A DNA stretch of 25,069 bases, from contig KZ538286.1 of assembly GCA_000934665.2 (NCBI GenBank), positions 62,001 to 87,069 of the forward strand, read 5' to 3'. Both the position numbers and the translations under genes were made by a program. Source of the stretch: Catajapyx aquilonaris (Eukaryota). Below are positions 19,843 through 25,069 of the stretch, one piece after another (positions within the stretch are counted from its first letter, which is position 1; every line of letters starts with the position of its first letter). Below the pieces are notes generated by a model. It was not told where the DNA came from. It made no database searches and saw only the letters and a list, made by a program, of their open reading frames with translations.

Positions 19843-22518
19843 ATGGACGAAACAAACGAAACAGTACGTTCATCATACGATCATCAGGAGGAGCCTGTGA
19901 GTTTCCATTCAGAAGTTACTGAGCAAAACTTGAAAATCATTGAATCACTTTTGCCTTCCTAACAAAGCATTGTTGCAATATTTCTATAACAATGCTGCAG
20001 ACGGATTGATTGTAGTATTGTTGTTTTTGTTTCATAATCTTGCATAGTTGACAACCTCGTCAATAGAATTGTTGTGATTATTTCTAGATGGAAGAGGGCC
20101 CTTTATCTACTTCTTACTCGGAGTACACCATGCCAAGTAATCCTGGAAGCCTTGAAAATATCACCCAAGATGACAAGTTAGTTCTGGATGACGAAATCAG
20201 CGAGTTTCGTACCATAAACGTGTTTCCTGTAAGTATATCGTCCTATACAGTTTGCTTACATCATTCCACACACAAAAATACGGTACCATTTCAGGGTGTT
20301 GAGCTTAAGCCCAAGGAGCAGCCAGTCATCGAACGAAGAATCAGTGAAATGAACAGAGCAAAGAGTGCCGAACCACAGTTCTCTGCCAAAAGAAATCCCA
20401 ACCAAACGGTCAGTATGAAACAAGGTTGAACCACCACTGTTTTTCAAATCCCAACAATTTTGAGCAGAGTTCCAACACCTCGGGACAGTCTCAGACGCCA
20501 GTTGTGTTGCTCCAGAGAATGGGCAGCGTGATTCGAGGCAAGGAGATGGACAAGCTGAACAGAGCTGAAATATCGAAGGAAATTGAGGACCTGAAGGGCA
20601 CCATCTTCAGACTGAAAGCAGAGCTGGGCTGTGTCGAGCAGCAGAAACAGGTCGCATGCCAGAACCTCCAACAGACGGCAAAGAAACACCAAGCAATCTT
20701 GCAAGGTATTTAGAGACTAAAGGCGGCTACACACGGCGAGGCGGCAGCTGTCGCGACAGCTGCCGCCTCGCGAAACCTGCCCGTGTGTAGCCGCCTTAAG
20801 TTTGTGCAAAACTCGTCCTAAAATATGCGACCTTAGACCTCCGAAGGAAGAATGCAGAACTGAAATGGAACCTGGATGAGAAGGATAAGCTCGTGTCCGG
20901 AATTGAGGAACTCCGAAACACAACTGCCAAGGACCAGGAACGAGAGGAGCAGACGATGCGAGAGAAGGAAGAGCTTCAGGAGCTGTCTAAGAATCTATCT
21001 GAAGAACTAGCCACCTGCATGGAAGATCTGCGAAAAGTTCAAGAAGAGCTGGCACAAAAGACTGAGGCTCTTCAGACCGCATTACAGGATAAGGAACAGG
21101 CTGAGTAAGTATCACAAAGATCATCATCATCATCAACCTAACATTAATTTGCTCACAGACAGATGCTTGAGAGTCAGATAAAACTTGCGACATACCTGGA
21201 TGAAGAGGTCAAACAAATCACAAAGCAGGTACTTACATGCATAATACAGGCCAAAACTTTTGTTCATGGTGACATGTTGCAGAGTGAGACCATTGCGGAT
21301 GAGAAGGAGCTATTGATCCAGGAGCTGCAGCATAAACAGGTAGTCAATGCGGATCTGATAGCCGATGCTCGGAACATGGAGCAGCGTGCGAAGGCAGCTC
21401 AGGAGAAGTGCCAGATGATGAGTGAGGAGTTGTTGTGTCAGAAGGCACGTCTGGTGGAACTGTCGGACGTTCTGAATGCGGAAAGAAACAAGATGAGCGA
21501 CCAGAACTCGAGCATTTCGGTCCTGATGCAGCAGAAAATATCTCTGCAAAATGAGGTAACTGATAGCTGTTAATCATAAATATATGCAGAGGAATGTATA
21601 CTGTCTGATTACAGTTGCAGAACGAAATGGTGAAAGCAACGCAGCTGGAATACGAAAAAGAAACAGTGTGCAATGAGATAGCTACACTGCATGAAAAGGT
21701 TTTCTCCATGGAAGACATGATAATGGTCTTGCAAGAGCGCCAGGTGATATATTCGACTAAAAATGAATTTTTTCGGATTGTAAGAAGTCGTTGCTCTCAT
21801 TATTCTAGGAGCAGGACTGTGATGTGATGGAAGGACAAAAACTTACAGAACAGCAAGAGCGGTATTCTAAATACCTCATGTTGAAGTTCAAGGTTCGAAA
21901 TCGCTTCAGAAAACTATGAATGCGAATTTCTTATAGATCTTTCTTCTTTCGCAGCGTATCAACGAGTTCCTTCTCCTCAACATTGAATCAAACTCCGATC
22001 TTTTGGCAAAGGTTGCCAACCTGGTTGAACAACGGACTCACAGCATGGCTGCCATTTCGCCTTCAAGCAAGGTAAATCAAGATGATCGAGTTTGTCAAAC
22101 TCTTTGATTCATGTCCTTTCAGTCGTCTATGGACTATGAGGCGTTCATGTCGGACTGGATGAAAGTACGGTCCGCCCTGGCCAAGATAGTGAAGAACGAC
22201 AGGCGGAGGAAGAAGGAAGGTCCTCTCCCGAGGGAATACCTGGATCGCAACCTGTCCGACATCCTGAACGGGACAACAGGAGTGGTCGACTCGGGAGTGG
22301 ACAACCCAGAGCTGTCCCTACGATGGCAGTGGGACGTATGCCTGGCCCAGGTGAAGAGGCTGGTGCTCAAATGGCATCGGAAGCAGCAACCTGACTCGGA
22401 ACCCAACTCTGCCGAAGAATCAGCCACGTCCATACACATCAGCACTGTCTCCATGCATCAGTCCCTCGCCCAGACAGATGATATTATCCCTTATGCCGAA
22501 TACGACAATGCAGAATGA
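19843..22518 (+). CDS. Uncharacterised coiled-coil protein. Exons: 19843-19896, 20088-20228, 20295-20408, 20468-20705, 20837-21104, 21159-21228, 21283-21555, 21615-21743, 21809-21892, 21955-22071, 22123-22518 (~627 aa)
   Basis: Ten GT-AG introns (mostly 51-66 nt) join into a stop-free 1884-nt frame. E/K/Q/L-rich heptad-like segments, e.g. EISKEIEDLKGTIFRLKAEL and ELQELSKNLSEELATCMEDLRKVQEELAQK. The first exon is less certain (alternative start at 20088). Family not recognised. Confidence 0.8.
20721..20796. mobile_element. 76-bp PIF/Harbinger-like MITE in intron 4 of the coiled-coil gene
   Basis: Perfect 16-bp TIRs AGGCGGCTACACACGG (20721-20736) and CCGTGTGTAGCCGCCT (20781-20796), with TAA TSD at 20718-20720 and 20797-20799. 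Internal perfect 36-bp palindrome at 20736-20771. Confidence 0.88.
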
Positions 22519-24930
22519 TAGCGTCACAGTCACTTCCCAAGTCCTTAACGAATATAATGTCCTGTAAACGGACCTCCTGTTGTTCCAATCGAAAATGGTT
22601 GTCTTCGATGATAAAAATATTTTTGATGTAATATTTTGTCAGTAAAACATATGAACCACCAATTGTTTACTCATCTACAGTCCTTTAAGAGAAAGAATGA
22701 TCTGACATCACACCAGTCGTGTTTTGTGAGCGCAGACCGGGGACATGGTAGGAGGAAAGAGCCGGGTGGAGGCGGGCTGTACGTGACGTCAGATAATATG
22801 GATCCTTCATTACAGCACAGCAAATACTAATGCAATCAGCTGAAAGTGTGCTAGACCTAAGTGAAACTCAATTGTTTGTATGTAATCATACAATAATTAT
22901 TTTTCTTTATTTCTCAACCTTGAACATGGATGATGCCATGCAAATAAGTTTTTAATATTATACATCGGCGAGAAAAAAGAAACATCAGCCAACAGGGGTG
23001 TAGAGAAAGGATAAAAAATAAACTGAATATCTGACAGCGTGTGTGTAACAGTGGTGCTGATTGGAGCAATGGTGAACCTGAGTGAATAGAACCCTCCGTT
23101 GGATCAGACGTTTCTCTTTCCATCAATTTTTTTATATTTATTTTCAGACAAATAACTTAAAAACAACGTACACTCGTTTACATAGAATCATATTACATGA
23201 AACACCAGCAATAAATAAAAGCGCCGAGATTCAAGGCAATTCAATCTCTCTTTTTGTTTGTGTTTTCCTCGATTTCTACTCTGTCCTATATCTCTACGCA
23301 ACTCCTATCAGCTTCAAAATACGCATGTAATAAATTAATCTCTTTCTTACTCAATCTTTCTAAATCTCTCAATCAACACTGAGCATAAAGGCACCAAGCA
23401 TTGAGAACTTCCCAATGGTATACGTTACTTCTTTTTTTTATTTCTTCTAAATATATAATATATATTATTATTTTTTTCTTGAGCCTGTGGGGAAGGGAAA
23501 CAGGGAATGGTTGATACCTGAGCCTCAGGCACCGAATTTTTGGACTGAGATCTTAACTTTTTTCTTTTACCACTCGCCAGGGTAGGAACCATGCCTTGCT
23601 TCACACTGGACGAGGTTAGGTCAAAGGTTGAGAGTAGGTTTTGGAAGGGAAGCTGGAACCATTCAGTGTCATGTGTGCCTGTTGAAATTAATATGTGTAC
23701 ACGTTTGGTGCAGGCAATTGGGGTGTGTACATGGTACATACATAACAGCAACAAGTGCAGGCAAGGCTTACTGAGCACACACTAAGTGGCACGAGTTACA
23801 ACAGCCAACAGAAGGGTGCGCGTTCACTGAGTGTGCAGAAAATACGGTATGGTAATTTCTTACCCCCAAAGACATAACACCGGGCCACTATAGAAAACTG
23901 TTGTATGACACCAAGTACATCTTCGTTGCCTACCAGTTCAAAAAAAAGCCAATCAAGAACGAGCAAAGTGGTCCCATTGAAACATGAACAACTAACAGTT
24001 TTAAAATCTTTTAACACACTCGTTATGAGCAAGGTAAAAGTATATCACTTCATCTAGTGCGCAACATAAAAAAATTCAATTTATTTACAGCTGGGACTAT
24101 ACTGCTGTGCAGCAATACTAAAGCATTTATATTCAATAAAATTATCACGTCATAAGAATTCAGCAAGGAGGTGCTGCGAAGAACAACAATAGACATGAGC
24201 TTTGTAAAGAGATAGTGAAAATATACTGTAAGAGTAATATCGATTCACATGTACAACTTACAGTGCACCGGTACCGTTAACATGCCCTCGGTGAACCTAA
24301 TCACGGGGCTTAACCTACTCACTAATTATGTTAAAATAATCTCTCTTCACATTTCCGTTTTTTTCCTGAGATCCCAGTGATGTCAGTTGTCAGGTGAATA
24401 CTATTCATAGTGAGAGCAACTTGAGTATTTTACCAGTCTTGTCATCTACACAAAGTAAAAACGCAAAATGTGTAGCACGTGTGTACAAGGTCAATATGTC
24501 AAGCTGTAAACGTCAAACATCCGAATTTTTTACAATATTTGTGTCATAAGTCATTCTGGTGTCATACCACACTATCGTCAGTGGCCATTTACAAAGGGGG
24601 GGGAATGACGACAGACCCTAGTGTACATAGAAAATAAACAATCTGTTGGACCTTTGAGAACAATGATACCGTTACAATGTTATACACTCATCCGCCTATT
24701 AATTAAATTGGTACAGAGCGTCGATTACGTGGTCGGTGGGTTGGTGTCCCGTAAAACTCTTCTCTCCTTCTCTCTCTCATTTTTTCACAAGAAGAAAACA
24801 ACGGTAAGTACCTCTATCTACACTATGTACACCTCTCTATGCACCGCTCTATTCTCTCTCTCTCCTAGCAGAGATTCCAGTAGAAAAAACGAATAGGTGA
24901 GGAGGCGTAGGGAGGCACTGAATAGTTTGA

Positions 24931-25068
24931 TCATGGGCACTGGATGGGGCGGATGTGCTGCGCTGGACCGTCCAGGATGAGGAGGCGCCTCTCCGGATGC
25001 TCGCACTTGCTCATGGTCTGCTGCTCGGACCTCGCGACGGAGGGGGAGGGGGTCGGAGGGGAGGCGGA
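24931..25068 (-). CDS. Probable 3' end of a gene entering from the right edge (SASPPTPSPSVARSEQQTMSKCEHPERRLLILDGPAQHIRPIQCP*)
   Basis: Open frame from the window edge to a TGA at 24933-24931 with strongly G/C-ending codons, followed by a shift to UTR-like GA-rich and AT-rich sequence. No family recognised. Confidence 0.4.
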   Translation of the reverse strand, partial: SASPPTPSPSVARSEQQTMSKCEHPERRLLILDGPAQHIRPIQCP

Positions 25069-25069
25069 G

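Noticed and set aside
24291..24322. CACGGGGCTTA resembling RNase MRP CR-V, flanked by AACCTA repeats resembling a TTAGG telomerase template
   Set aside because: No upstream GAAAGTCCCC (CR-I) partner for the P4 helix, AT-rich unstructured context, and template-like matches of only 7 nt.
1..25069. CRISPR arrays, tRNA/rRNA genes, prokaryotic operons, autonomous transposase or reverse-transcriptase ORFs
   Set aside because: None seen; the window is spliceosomal-intron-containing eukaryotic DNA with no regularly spaced repeat array.

Overview
Eukaryotic, arthropod-like (inferred) genomic DNA with very short GT-AG introns, mostly 51-85 nt. Bases ~1-9,500 contain no recognisable gene but carry several inverted-repeat/MITE-like elements and a possible decayed helicase-like remnant. 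Bases ~9,600-22,500 are a compact cluster of four genes. (1) EXOSC4/Rrp41, with an intronless CDS, on the - strand. (2) A CLCA-family gene on the + strand (12 exons traced), whose HExxH zinc motif reads RExxK and which has a ~317-aa cytoplasmic tail; its signal-peptide exon is not adjacent, so EXOSC4 appears nested antisense in an upstream CLCA intron. (3) SANBR/KIAA1841 on the - strand (6 exons, ~702 aa). (4) An unidentified 11-exon coiled-coil gene on the + strand (~627 aa), head-to-head with SANBR, with a 76-bp Harbinger-like MITE in an intron. The probable 3' end of another - strand CDS lies at the right edge. Gene models were assembled by eye from splice signals and frame continuity; no database search was run. 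I did not find an unambiguous new biological system; the best leads are the receptor-like pseudo-protease CLCA and the nested EXOSC4 arrangement.
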